DNA from: Gemmatimonadota bacterium
GTDB lineage: Bacteria; Gemmatimonadota; Gemmatimonadetes; Palauibacterales; Palauibacteraceae
Length of the DNA stretch: 64,000 bases
Assembly: GCA_963666735.1 (NCBI GenBank)
Contig: OY762926.1
Location: forward strand, 1,920,001 to 1,984,000
Direction: 5' to 3'
Shown here: positions 1-10,214 of the stretch, piece after piece
Numbering within the stretch: position 1 is the first letter of the stretch
How the letters are laid out: every line of letters starts with the position of its first letter
Program-made: the position numbers and the translations under genes
Notes under the pieces: generated by a model
The model's input: only the letters and a program-made list of their open reading frames with translations
The model's database searches: none
Told to the model about the DNA's origin: nothing

Positions 1-797
1 TCACCCAGAACGCCGATTCTCGTCACCTCGAACTCCGCGCGGCCCGAACCCGCCCAACTCCTGCGCTTGACCCAGACCGCGCCGGACCCGTCGGGTGAGA
101 AGGCTATCAGGTCGTCTTCCGGCAGCGAATGCGTCAGATACACTCCCGCGTCGGGCGCAAGTCCAGCCTTGATCTCGACGGGTCCACCTCCGAGGGAAAG
201 TAGAGCCAACGTGTCGCGCAGCGAGCCCGTGGGGTCGGAAACGAGCAGCGGCAGGTTCGAGATACCCCCCCGTGCGGTGGCTCGGAGAGCTGAGAAGGTC
301 CGGGATCCGACCAGTCGACCGTTAGCAAGGATGGCTCTCGGCACGACGCTCAAGAAGTAGTACGACAACGGAGGATCCACGTCATATGGGACCGTCTCGG
401 CCTCACCGCTCAAAACATCGAAGAGCGTGAAGCGCCTCAAGCTCGGATCAGCGACCCACACCCGCGATCCATGCCAGCCCATTGACGACGGAGTCATCAA
501 CTCTGCCGGGCCCTCGCCTCGGCTGCCAAGATCACGAACAAACTCCCCGGTCCGTTTAAAGACCCTGACTGTCCCCTCTTGGGCCAGCAACACGTACACG
601 TAGTCGGTGTCCGTCAGAACGTCGCGCACTTCTGACAAACCGTAGATCGGGTCGTCCGCGCTCCCGATCGAAGCAACCCGTTGAAGGGACCATTCCGGCG
701 TCTGGCCCAGAATCGGGCCAGACGCCCATTGGATCACGCACGCGAGCACGAGCCCCGGCAGCCCACGGTCGATGAATCCTCTATACGTTTGAAGCAT
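1..797 (-). CDS. Secreted 6-bladed beta-propeller (NHL-like) protein, runs off the window start
   Basis: Not in ORF track; read manually: ATG 797 with GGAGGG RBS, MLQTYRGFIDRGLPGLVLACVIQWASGPILGQTPEWSLQRVASIGSADDPIYGLSEVRDVL...LGSRGEGPAELMTPSSMGWHGSRVWVAD; clear paralog of 1606..2778. Confidence 0.8.
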   Translation of the reverse strand, partial: MLQTYRGFIDRGLPGLVLACVIQWASGPILGQTPEWSLQRVASIGSADDPIYGLSEVRDVLTDTDYVYVLLAQEGTVRVFKRTGEFVRDLGSRGEGPAELMTPSSMGWHGSRVWVADPSLRRFTLFDVLSGEAETVPYDVDPPLSYYFLSVVPRAILANGRLVGSRTFSALRATARGGISNLPLLVSDPTGSLRDTLALLSLGGGPVEIKAGLAPDAGVYLTHSLPEDDLIAFSPDGSGAVWVKRRSWAGSGRAEFEVTRIGVLG

Positions 798-817
798 TGC
801 CGTTCCCTCCCTACCGC

Positions 818-1279
818 CTACAATTGCAGCTTCGCGGTCTCGCTTCGTATCCCACTCACTTTGGCTGGCGCATACCATTTCGTGACGATCCCTCCATCAC
901 ACGATCGCTTGATCTCGCTCGCCTGTCGGGGGAACGCGATGGGATTGGCCGATCCGCGCGCCACGCTGGCCGCTTGTGGTTCAGTTGAGGTTGCCTCGAA
1001 CTGTTCCATCGGCACGGCGGGTGCCGCGCGCCCGTCTAGCATCACCGTAACTACACAGCGTGGCCCTCCGACGCGACAGGTAGTGCATCTTGGTGTGGCA
1101 CAGTACTCGGCGCCGAGCCCTTGTTGGCCTGCCACGCAGTGGGCGCACTTATTACCGTTCTCATCAGAAAGTGCACCGTACTGACAATCCCAGCACTGTG
1201 CGCTCACGGGTTCGACCGACACCGCCCCGGCCAAGACGGCAAGACTGAGGCTCAGCATGAGAATTCGTGCGAGTCTCAT
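818..1279 (-). CDS. Secreted Cys-rich small protein (peptide A1), 153 aa
   Basis: ATG 1279 after GGAGAG; signal peptide ending VSA|Q; CxxC-x12-CxxC-x11-C-x4-CxxC-x6-C then tail RSCDGGIVTKWY...TAKLQL. Confidence 0.8.
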   Translation of the reverse strand: MRLARILMLSLSLAVLAGAVSVEPVSAQCWDCQYGALSDENGNKCAHCVAGQQGLGAEYCATPRCTTCRVGGPRCVVTVMLDGRAAPAVPMEQFEATSTEPQAASVARGSANPIAFPRQASEIKRSCDGGIVTKWYAPAKVSGIRSETAKLQL

Positions 1280-1433
1280 CGTCTCTCTCCTTTGTTTCGG
1301 TTGGAATCTCGGACGCTTGCCCAAGATACTTCACGAGTTCACTGGCATTCGGCGTTCGCATTGCGAGTGCGGCGCGTGCCTCCGTGGCGCTGCCGACAAA
1401 CCCGAAGGGTGCTTCGACCCTGGTGTCCTCAGG
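1280..1433 (-). pseudogene. Remnant of the 3' end of the lipoprotein gene at 4558..7177
   Basis: Encodes TRVEAPFGFVGSATEARAALAMRTPNASELVKY vs TKVEAPFGLVASGTAAPVVLAVRTLNASELVKY; DNA aligns to about 4560..4715. Confidence 0.75.
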
Positions 1434-1605
1434 TGGAGATGTCCCGCTTTCACGGACGGTTGATTTCTGCGGTTGATCACCTCCGGTTCTGCTCCCTTCG
1501 GTCTCTCTCGGACGCGGGAGAGAGGCTCCGGGTGCGCGCCCGCGGTGCGCCTCGGGGGGACACGCGGAGTGTGGCCACGGGGGAGGGGAAAGCCGACGTG
1601 GCTCC

Positions 1606-2778
1606 TCACCGCACAATTTCGTAGCGCACTAGGTACGGGATGTCGAGTGCATCCGACTCCACCACCCAGCAATCGGTCTTGCCGGCAAATGCCACATGTG
1701 ACGACGCGGGCAGCTGCAATCTTCCAACCGTCGCTCCGGCACCATCGAGGACAAGCCAAATCCGCTCGCCAGCTACTTCCGGTCCCGCCAGCCATGTCGT
1801 TCCGTCGCTTCCCGCCGAGACCCGCGTCACGGGCGGAAAATACTCCCGCATTCGAAAGAACTCGCGCAAAGCCGCTTCGTACGCCCGTCGATTAACGACG
1901 TGAGGGCTGTTCGCGGATTCAGCTATGGTCTCGTCGAAGAAGTCATCCGGCACCCGATGGGGCTCGTAACCAACGCGACGTCGGAAGATCGTGTCACCGC
2001 GAACTTGAACTTTGGTGACCTCGAATTCGGCCGGCTCATCGCCATCCCAACTCGTCCGGTCCACAATCACTGCATGGGAACCGTCCGGCGCTATCGCGAT
2101 CAGCCCGTCCTCCGGAAGTGGGCTGAGTCTGTATTCCATGTTAGATCCAAGGCCATCGGTGATCTCGCCCGTCTGCCGGTCGATCGCAAGTACGGCCAAG
2201 GTGTCGTGTAGGGCCCCATCCGCGTCCGTAACGACGACCACCCGGTCCGTAACGATCCCGCGAGCCTCAGCCCTCGCGGAGAACTGTGGATACCCAGCTA
2301 ACCGTCCGTCATCGAGTACGGCCCGGGGTACCATCCCGCGGACCGTGTATGACTCTTTGACCGGCGCGTGATACGGAACCGTTTCCGCGTCACCCGTCGT
2401 GACATCGAAGAACGTGAACCTCATCAACCGATAATCGGCCACCCACAACCGCGACCCGTGCCAGCCCATCCATGTAGGGTGCAGCAACTCGCCGGGTCCC
2501 CGTCCCTTGCGACCGAGCGCGCGAACGAAGGTACCGTCGCGCGAAAAAACACGGATCTGTCCGTCCTGCGGCTGAAGGACATAAACTTGATTCGCGTCCG
2601 CCAGCACTCCCCCAACCGGTGTGAGCCCGTAGGGGGGGTCGTCAGCGCTCCCGAGCTTTAGGTCGAGCCGCAGAGTCCACTCCGGCACCTGGCCCGCCGC
2701 CGAACCAGACGCGGACAAGGCACCGCAGACCAAAGCGGGCACCAGTATGGACACACGCCACTGGCCAATTCGCAACAT
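1606..2778 (-). CDS. Secreted 6-bladed beta-propeller (NHL-like) protein, 390 aa
   Basis: Signal peptide; LGRKGRGPGEL motif; C-terminal DALDIPYLVRY typical of this family. Confidence 0.85.
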   Translation of the reverse strand: MLRIGQWRVSILVPALVCGALSASGSAAGQVPEWTLRLDLKLGSADDPPYGLTPVGGVLADANQVYVLQPQDGQIRVFSRDGTFVRALGRKGRGPGELLHPTWMGWHGSRLWVADYRLMRFTFFDVTTGDAETVPYHAPVKESYTVRGMVPRAVLDDGRLAGYPQFSARAEARGIVTDRVVVVTDADGALHDTLAVLAIDRQTGEITDGLGSNMEYRLSPLPEDGLIAIAPDGSHAVIVDRTSWDGDEPAEFEVTKVQVRGDTIFRRRVGYEPHRVPDDFFDETIAESANSPHVVNRRAYEAALREFFRMREYFPPVTRVSAGSDGTTWLAGPEVAGERIWLVLDGAGATVGRLQLPASSHVAFAGKTDCWVVESDALDIPYLVRYEIVR

Positions 2779-3081
2779 TCCCCCCTATAACCGCAGTTGC
2801 GCGGTCGCAGTCCGAACCGCACTCACCTCGTCGGCAGAATACGGCGTCGAGATGATGCCCCCGTCGCACGATCGCCTCGTCTCCGGCCACTCTGGTGTAC
2901 CCGTGGCTCCTCCGTCTATCGCGACCACGAGCGCACCGCTTGCTCCCGCCGACCACTTCGTCGCTGGCGACTCAAGGGGCTCCGGGGGTGAGACTGGGCT
3001 TACCCCGTTTTAGTGGACAGGTGAAAGTGGTGGTTTCCTCCATTCTCGCCACCTCGCGGGAGAGGGCCGCGGCCCGGGGGG

Positions 3082-3960
3082 TCACGCCGCCTCTCCTTTC
3101 TCGCGCGCCTCGAAGCTGGCGGGCGACTCGTAGCCGAGGCTCGAGTGCCGCCGGCGCGGGTTGTACCAGCCCTCGATGAACCGGAACACCCCCCGGCGGG
3201 CCTCGCCGGGCGTCCGGAACGAGCGCCGCCAGATCAGTTCGCACTCCAGCGTGGCGAAGAACGACTCGCACATGGCGTTGTCGTAAGCGTCGCCCACCGA
3301 GCCCATCGAGGGCCTGACCCCGGCCCTCCGGCAGCGCCCGCCGAAGGCGTAGGACGTGTACTGGCTGCCTTGGTCGCTGTGGTGGATCACCCCGTCGGGG
3401 CGCCGCTGCGCCAGCGCCATGTCGAAGGCATCCAGCACCAGGGACGTCCTCAGGTGCGTCGCCATCGACCAGCCCACGATGCGGCGGCTCCAGGCGTCGA
3501 GCACGACGGCCAGATAGAGGAAGCCCGCCCAGGTCGGCACGTACGTGATGTCGGCCACCCAGAGTTCGTCGGGTCCGGAGGCCGAGAAGTCTCGGTCCAC
3601 GAGATCCGGCGCGGGCCTGGACTTCGCGGCCCGCTTCGTCGTACTGCCCTTGCGGCGCCGGCTCACCCCTTCGATCTCCGCCGCCCGCATCAGCCGCGCC
3701 ACCCGGCCCACACCCGCCTCGCGGCCCCGCGCCTTGAGTTCCGCATGGACCCGCGGCGCCCCGTACGTCCCCCCGCTCATGGCGTGGATCTCGACGATCT
3801 CCGCACTGAGCGCCTCGTTCTCCCGCGCCCGCCGAGACGGCTCCCGCGTCCGCCACGCATAGTACCCGCTCGGGGAGAGACCCAGCAGGCGGCACATCAC
3901 GCGCACGGGATACATGGCCTGGTGATCGCTCACGAACCGGAACCCCCCCGGGGGATCGAT
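3082..3960 (-). CDS. IS3 transposase OrfB (DDE integrase core), in the -1 frame relative to OrfA
   Basis: WVADITY, HHSDQGSQY, DNAMCESFF, YNPRRRHSSLGY; 5' boundary approximate. Confidence 0.9.
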   Translation of the reverse strand: MDPPGGFRFVSDHQAMYPVRVMCRLLGLSPSGYYAWRTREPSRRARENEALSAEIVEIHAMSGGTYGAPRVHAELKARGREAGVGRVARLMRAAEIEGVSRRRKGSTTKRAAKSRPAPDLVDRDFSASGPDELWVADITYVPTWAGFLYLAVVLDAWSRRIVGWSMATHLRTSLVLDAFDMALAQRRPDGVIHHSDQGSQYTSYAFGGRCRRAGVRPSMGSVGDAYDNAMCESFFATLECELIWRRSFRTPGEARRGVFRFIEGWYNPRRRHSSLGYESPASFEAREKGEAA

Positions 3961-4238
3961 CCGCTCTCCTTGGCGAACCAGGCCGTGGCTTTTGCCAATA
4001 TGTCGCGCTCGATCTTCACCCGGCGAAGCTCGCGCTTCAGTTCCCGGACTTCCTTGCGCTCGACCGTCGTCAGACCGTCGGTGCGACGCCCCTCGTCCAG
4101 GTCGGCCCGCTCCACCCAGCGCCGGATCGCCGTCGCCGAGGGCTCGAACTCGCGAGCCAGCCGGTCCGCGCTCCGTCCCGCACGGACCAGTTCCACCATC
4201 CGCGCCTTGTACTCCGGCGCGTATCTCCGTCCCGACAT
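3930..4238 (-). CDS. IS3 transposase OrfA (HTH)
   Basis: MSGRRYAPEYKARMVELVRAG...IRRWV...ERDILAKATAWFA. Confidence 0.9.
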   Translation of the reverse strand: MSGRRYAPEYKARMVELVRAGRSADRLAREFEPSATAIRRWVERADLDEGRRTDGLTTVERKEVRELKRELRRVKIERDILAKATAWFAKESGSIPRGGSGS

Positions 4239-5512
4239 GTGACACCTCCTCGTTGTGACCAACGCTCAAAGGTGTCCACCAAATCGGGGTAACTCCAGAC
4301 ACGTCCGTCGAGCATCACGCCACCCAGTACCTTGCAGAATCCTCCACCCAGGGTGCAGCGCGTGCACTCCGGGGTCGTACATTCGAGAGCTCCGAGTCCC
4401 CAATCGTCCGCTTCGCAGAAAACGCACCTGCGGCCGGGATCGGAGATCGGGCCGGGACCGGGTATGCAGTCCCAGCACTGTGCAACCGCGGGTTCCGCGG
4501 ACGCGATCCCGGCAAGAATGGCAAAGCCGAGGCCCAGCATGAGGATTCGTGTGCGTTTCATCGTCTCTCTCCGTTGCGCCGGATGGAGTCTCGGGCACGT
4601 GCCCACGAGTACTTCACAAGTTCACTGGCATTCAGCGTTCGCACGGCGAGCACGACGGGGGCCGCAGTGCCGCTCGCAACGAGTCCGAAGGGGGCCTCGA
4701 CCTTGGTGTACTTCAGGAATCGGCCATGTGAGTCGAACCGGAGCAGGAGCCGTTCGTCGGTCCCGCGGTGCGCCAGAGTCTGCACGTATTCGGGCCCGAC
4801 GGCGACGACCGAGGTCGAACTCCAGATGCCGGGATCCAGCCGCAATGATTGGGCCACGGCATCGGCGAACCAATCAGGATTGACCCGTTCAAGCTTCTCG
4901 GGCACCCAATCGATGGCGTTCCCGATACGCCACACCCGAAAGGGGCTGGAACCCTGCCACACAAGGGCTTCTCGCCCAGCCCCCCCAAGTGCGACAGTCC
5001 TCGCGTAAGCGGAATCCGGCGTCCAAGTACCGTTGCCCGCTGGCAGTTGCAGGTGGGACGGCATCGAATCGGAACCGGAGATTGCGACGATCCACCCGGT
5101 GGTTGTCCACGCCGCCGCGCTGGCTTCCCGCGATCCCGGTAGGCGGCGCCGAGTATGTGCGACGCCCGCAGTATCGGTGGCGACCACCTCGCCGCTCGCG
5201 GCATCCACGATCTCCAGATCCTTCTCGTTCAGGAACTGAACGCCGATCGCGCGCCCCACGTCGGCAGCGAGGATGTCTCTCGAAGCGGATCCACGGTACA
5301 CGCGAACGCCCGGAGTTCCGGCGAACCAGGCGACGATCAGGTCGCCCGACGGCGAGAGCGCTGCGCCGCTGAGCAGGCGATCTTCCGGGAGAGCGATGGC
5401 GGCTCGCTCGGTGAACTCGATTCCCTCTCTGCCAACACGCGCGAGACACGAGAGGAGCAAGAGATTAGAGTAGGGCGAGACAGAGAGATTGAGGATGGAA
5501 CGAGGAGAAGGA

Positions 5513-5947
5513 ATGAAGGTGAACGGAACGCCCCTCTCTTCAGGGGAGGGCGGGCGAAGCGCGGCGGCTTCCGCGGCGGATCCGGAGGTGTCGGCGAAGG
5601 CGACGCGGCGGCGCTTCACGGCGGCGTACAAGCTGTCGATCGTCGAGGAGGCGGACGCCTGCGAGACGTCGGGCGAGATCGGAGCGTTGCTTCGGCGCGA
5701 GGGATTGTACGGCTCGCACCTGTCGGCGTGGCGGAAAGCGGCGCGGGAGGGATCGCTGCGGGGGCTGGCGAAGAGACGCGGACCGAAGCCCTCGGGCGGG
5801 AAGCGTGAGGCGAGGAGGGTGCGGAAGCTGGAGCGGGAGAACGCGCGGTTGCGCGAGGAACTCCGCAAGGCGCGCATCATCATCGATGTCCAGGGAAAAG
5901 TTGCGGGGCTGCCGGGCGTGAGCCCCGGGGACGGGAAGCGCTCTTGA
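5513..5947 (+). CDS. Transposase OrfA (HTH + coiled coil)
   Basis: RRRFTAAYKLSIVEEADAC...GALLRREGLYGSHLSAWR; start could be 5489. Confidence 0.85.
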   Translation: MKVNGTPLSSGEGGRSAAASAADPEVSAKATRRRFTAAYKLSIVEEADACETSGEIGALLRREGLYGSHLSAWRKAAREGSLRGLAKRRGPKPSGGKREARRVRKLERENARLREELRKARIIIDVQGKVAGLPGVSPGDGKRS

Positions 5948-6981
5948 GCGCGGCCGGAGGCTTGGCCGGGCACGTGGGCGTACGCGCGGCGTGCGAGGCC
6001 CTCGGGGTCGCGCGCGCCACGTTCTACCGTCGCCGGAGGCCGAAGACCGGGCGGCGGCGGCCCCGGCCGGCTCCCGCCCGGGCCCTGGACGCGGCGGAGC
6101 GGGCGGAGGTCTTCGGCGTGCTGTGCTCGCCGCGCTTCGCCGACCGCGCGCCGGCGGAGGTGTACGCGACGCTGCTGGACGAGGGCGTCTATCTGTGTTC
6201 GGAGCGGACGATGTACCGGATCCTGGCCGAGAACCGGGCGGTCCGCGAGCGCCGGGCTCAGCGCAGCCATCCCAACCACCCGAAGCCCGAGGTGGTGGCC
6301 AAGGCACCGAACGAGGTGTGGTCTTGGGACATCGCCCGGCTGCTGGCGCCGGAGAAGTGGCGGTACTTCTATCTGTACGTGATCCTGGACATCTACAGCC
6401 GCTACGTCACCGGATGGATGGTGGCGGAGCGCGAGACCGCAGGCCTGGCCGGACACTTGGTCGGCGAGACGTGTCTCAGGCACGGTGTGCGGCCCCGGGT
6501 CCTCACGCTGCACTCGGATCGGGGATCCCCCATGACGGCCAAGTGCACGGCGCAGCTCCTGGCCGACCTGGGCGTCACGCAGTCGCTGGGCCGCCCCAGG
6601 GTCTCGAACGACAACCCGTACTCGGAGGCGCACTTCAAGACCCTCAAGTATCACCCGGGCTTCCCCGGTCGGTTCGGCTGCATCGAGGAGGCGAAGGACT
6701 TCTGCCGGGAGTTCTTCCAGTGGTACAACACCCAACACCGCCACGGCGGCATCGGCCTGCTCACCCCCGAGCAGGTCCACCTCGGCCGCGCCCCCGAGGT
6801 GATCGAGCAACGGCGGAACGTGCTGGCCGCGGCCTACGCCGCCCGCCCCGACCGCTTCGTCGTCGGCCCGCCGAGGGCTGTGGAACTCCCGGAGGAAGTC
6901 TGGATCAACCGCGCACTCCCCGTCACGCCGGTTGATGGATCGGAGTCGGCCAACGGGAGGAAGGAGGCCTCACTAAACTGA
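5944..6981 (+). CDS. DDE transposase OrfB
   Basis: VWSWDI, LHSDRGSPM, SNDNPYSEAHFKTLKY; TTGA overlap with OrfA stop. Confidence 0.9.
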   Translation: MSAAGGLAGHVGVRAACEALGVARATFYRRRRPKTGRRRPRPAPARALDAAERAEVFGVLCSPRFADRAPAEVYATLLDEGVYLCSERTMYRILAENRAVRERRAQRSHPNHPKPEVVAKAPNEVWSWDIARLLAPEKWRYFYLYVILDIYSRYVTGWMVAERETAGLAGHLVGETCLRHGVRPRVLTLHSDRGSPMTAKCTAQLLADLGVTQSLGRPRVSNDNPYSEAHFKTLKYHPGFPGRFGCIEEAKDFCREFFQWYNTQHRHGGIGLLTPEQVHLGRAPEVIEQRRNVLAAAYAARPDRFVVGPPRAVELPEEVWINRALPVTPVDGSESANGRKEASLN

Positions 6982-7280
6982 ATCGGAAAGTGTCTCACAT
7001 TCGTTGGCAGGTTCCGATTTCCGAGGCCGCCTGTGCCACCGGTTCGACGCTCTCCGCCCCTGCCCGCCGGTCATCGGGGATCCCGTCACGAGCGTGCTGT
7101 ACGTCACCGCATCCCGATGCGAGGGCGCACGCAACGACAGACCACGTGAACAGATTTTGGATCCGGGCTCTGTGCATTGTCCCATTCCCGATTCCGGGGA
7201 ACCCGAACATCGACGACTTCGGCATGGTAGCTCGTGTTGCGCGGCACCTGCAACCAGAGAGAAAATCGTATCAACTTGAC

Positions 7281-7991
7281 TCAGACTGTGTACTCTTGAT
7301 CAAGAATGACTACTCGGTCCGATTCGGCCGGAAGGATGGGCCGGACATGGTCCGCCGTGAACGCTGCGAAGAGCCGGTCCGTCGTCAGCCGCTCCAGTTC
7401 CCCCGACCGGCGAAGCTCGTATACCCTGAGGACCGAGAGAGCGGCGAGGAACGCGCCCAGCGTCGTGGCCCCGTTCGCTCGCGCTCCGAACTGCTTGAAC
7501 AGCGTGACTGGCGCACAGCCCACGTCCCCGGCCAGTTCCCGCACGTTGCGAACCGGTCGGTCGGCAGCCTGCCGCACCGCATGAACGAGGGCCGCCTGGA
7601 GAGCGGAAGGCAACGACGAGCGCTCGAACGATTTCGCCAAGCTCCACAGACCCCGTGTCGCGCGCGCGGCGTCGAGGCGGGGCCGGAGACCCGTTCGGTA
7701 TTCGGTGAACCAGACCATCGCCGCCACACGCACGCGAAGCAGTTGCCTGGCCAACTGGGGATCGGGATTCGTCACGAGAGCCACCGGCACCCACGGCCGC
7801 TCGCGCTCGAACCTCGCCAACAAGTCGATCTGCGCCGGCCGAACCCGGCCCACGCAAGCGATCACGACCGCCTCGACCTCACGGTCGAAACTGGCGAGCG
7901 CTTCGGTGGCGTCCGCCTCCCGGGCGCCGGGGCCCGCGGCTCGGCATACCTCCCGGGCTGTCTGCGGCGTGTCCGCGACTACAAGGATCAT
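7281..7991 (-). CDS. Pseudo-receiver + AraC-like HTH regulator, copy 1 (30-aa in-frame deletion)
   Basis: MILVVAD...PWVPVALVT receiver-like fold; VRELAGDVGCAPVTLFKQF HTH; paralog of 12302..13093. Confidence 0.7.
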   Translation of the reverse strand: MILVVADTPQTAREVCRAAGPGAREADATEALASFDREVEAVVIACVGRVRPAQIDLLARFERERPWVPVALVTNPDPQLARQLLRVRVAAMVWFTEYRTGLRPRLDAARATRGLWSLAKSFERSSLPSALQAALVHAVRQAADRPVRNVRELAGDVGCAPVTLFKQFGARANGATTLGAFLAALSVLRVYELRRSGELERLTTDRLFAAFTADHVRPILPAESDRVVILDQEYTV

Positions 7992-8426
7992 GGCGGCCTC
8001 TGCGGCCTCTTCTGAATGGGAACGCGGCGGCGCCCCGCATTCGATGTACCTCCGGTCTCTACTCTCTAGACGCCATGAGCGAGCGAAACCCCGCACGAGC
8101 CGGCCGACCGGATGGCGAACGTTCATCGGCGTTCGTCTCGTAGACTGCTTGTAACACAATGTGTGGCAGTCGATTAAGAAGGTCGGCGTCTGAGCCCGGG
8201 AAGCAGCGGCGGCTGCGGTGGGATCGCCGGTGGCCGTTGCATCGATCCCACGAATCGTCGTGGGACTCGGTCGAATTCGGCGCCAAGAGCAGCGGCGGCG
8301 TCCCGGTCCGGCTTGAGGCCGGCACCCGGTTGACACCACATTGATGGACATCTGGAGGTTTGCCATATGCGGACGGCCGCTCCGGCGACGCGTCGCAGTG
8401 AACCTTTCAGCGGGAGATTCTGGGCG

Positions 8427-8795
8427 ATGGGGTTTGATGTGATCGGACTCATCACGGTGGTGCTGGCCATCATCGGCGTGGGCGTGAAGCTGGAACTGGG
8501 CAACCGCAAGCTCGGCGGCCGGGTCGGCAAGATGCGCGACGAACTCCGGGGTGAGATCCGGGACACGCGCGACGAACTCCGGGGCGAGATCAAGGATGTG
8601 CGCGACAAGCTCGGGAACGAGATCGGTGCGCTCCGGGGCGAGATCAAGGACGTGCGCGACAAGCTCGGGGACGAGATCGGTGCGCTCCGGGGCGAAGTGG
8701 CGAAGACGAGCACGTCGGTGGCCCGGCTGGAGGGCCATGCCTTCGGCATTCCCTTCCCGGACGCCGGCGGCGGCCGAGGGATTGGTCAGGGCTGA
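8427..8795 (+). CDS. Small membrane-anchored coiled-coil repeat protein (DUF1640/Bdr-like)
   Basis: N-terminal TM helix; repeats RDELRGEI / RDKLGxEIGALRGEI; ends VARLEG. Confidence 0.7.
   Translation: MGFDVIGLITVVLAIIGVGVKLELGNRKLGGRVGKMRDELRGEIRDTRDELRGEIKDVRDKLGNEIGALRGEIKDVRDKLGDEIGALRGEVAKTSTSVARLEGHAFGIPFPDAGGGRGIGQG
8534..8696 (+). repeat. In-frame tandem repeats (33-bp and 54-bp units)
   Basis: gcgcgacgaactccgggg.gagatc x2; gcgcgacaagctcggg.acgagatcggtgcgctccggggcga x2. Confidence 0.8.
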
Positions 8796-8854
8796 CGGAG
8801 AACGGCCGGTGTGATCCGACCGCAACAGCCGGCGCGACGAAACGTGTTGGTGAC

Positions 8855-10135
<1,281 letters not shown>

Positions 10136-10214
10136 CGGCGAGACAGCCGCCGCGGTGCGTTACGGCACGATGATTTCCGGGAGGCCTCGGATCCGTTCAA
10201 TCGTCACCCTGGCG

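Larger units (their letters stand above)
2995..4297 (-). mobile_element. IS3-family insertion sequence, 1303 bp
   Basis: TG...CA ends; imperfect IRs TGGGCTTACCCCGTTTTAGTGGACA / TGGAGTTACCCCGATTTGGTGGACA; GAC target duplication at 2992-2994 and 4298-4300. Confidence 0.95.
2785..4561 (-). pseudogene. Secreted Cys-rich small protein (peptide A2), split by IS3 element; restores to 156 aa
   Basis: 5' part 4301..4561 MKRTRILMLG...AVA|QCWDC...VMLDGR; 3' part 2785..2994 VSPPEPLES...RRSCDGGIISTPYSADEVSAVRTATAQLRL*; frame is continuous after IS removal. Confidence 0.85.
5423..7016 (+). mobile_element. Two-ORF DDE insertion sequence (IS3-like), 1594 bp
   Basis: Subterminal IRs CTGCCAACACGCGCGAGACAC / CTGCCAACGAATGTGAGACAC; ATT duplication at 5420-5422 and 7017-7019; removal restores host frame. 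Confidence 0.9.
4558..7177 (-). pseudogene. Lipoprotein, probably beta-propeller-like, split by IS; restores to 340 aa
   Basis: N-part 7020..7177 MHRARIQNLFTWSVVACALASGC (lipobox)...AQAASE joins in frame to IEFTERAAIALPED... (5422..4558); stop overlaps peptide A2 start (ATGA). Confidence 0.8.

Noticed and set aside
818..4561. Cys-rich peptides as c-type cytochromes or classical RiPP precursors
   Set aside because: No CxxCH motif; they carry Sec signals, and no radical SAM, LanM/LanB, YcaO or peptidase-transporter gene is visible in the window.
4558..6810. 750-aa ORF as a single protein
   Set aside because: Chimera of transposase antisense and the C-terminal part of the IS-split lipoprotein.
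8534..8696. Repeats as a CRISPR array
   Set aside because: In-frame coding repeats without unique spacers; no cas genes.
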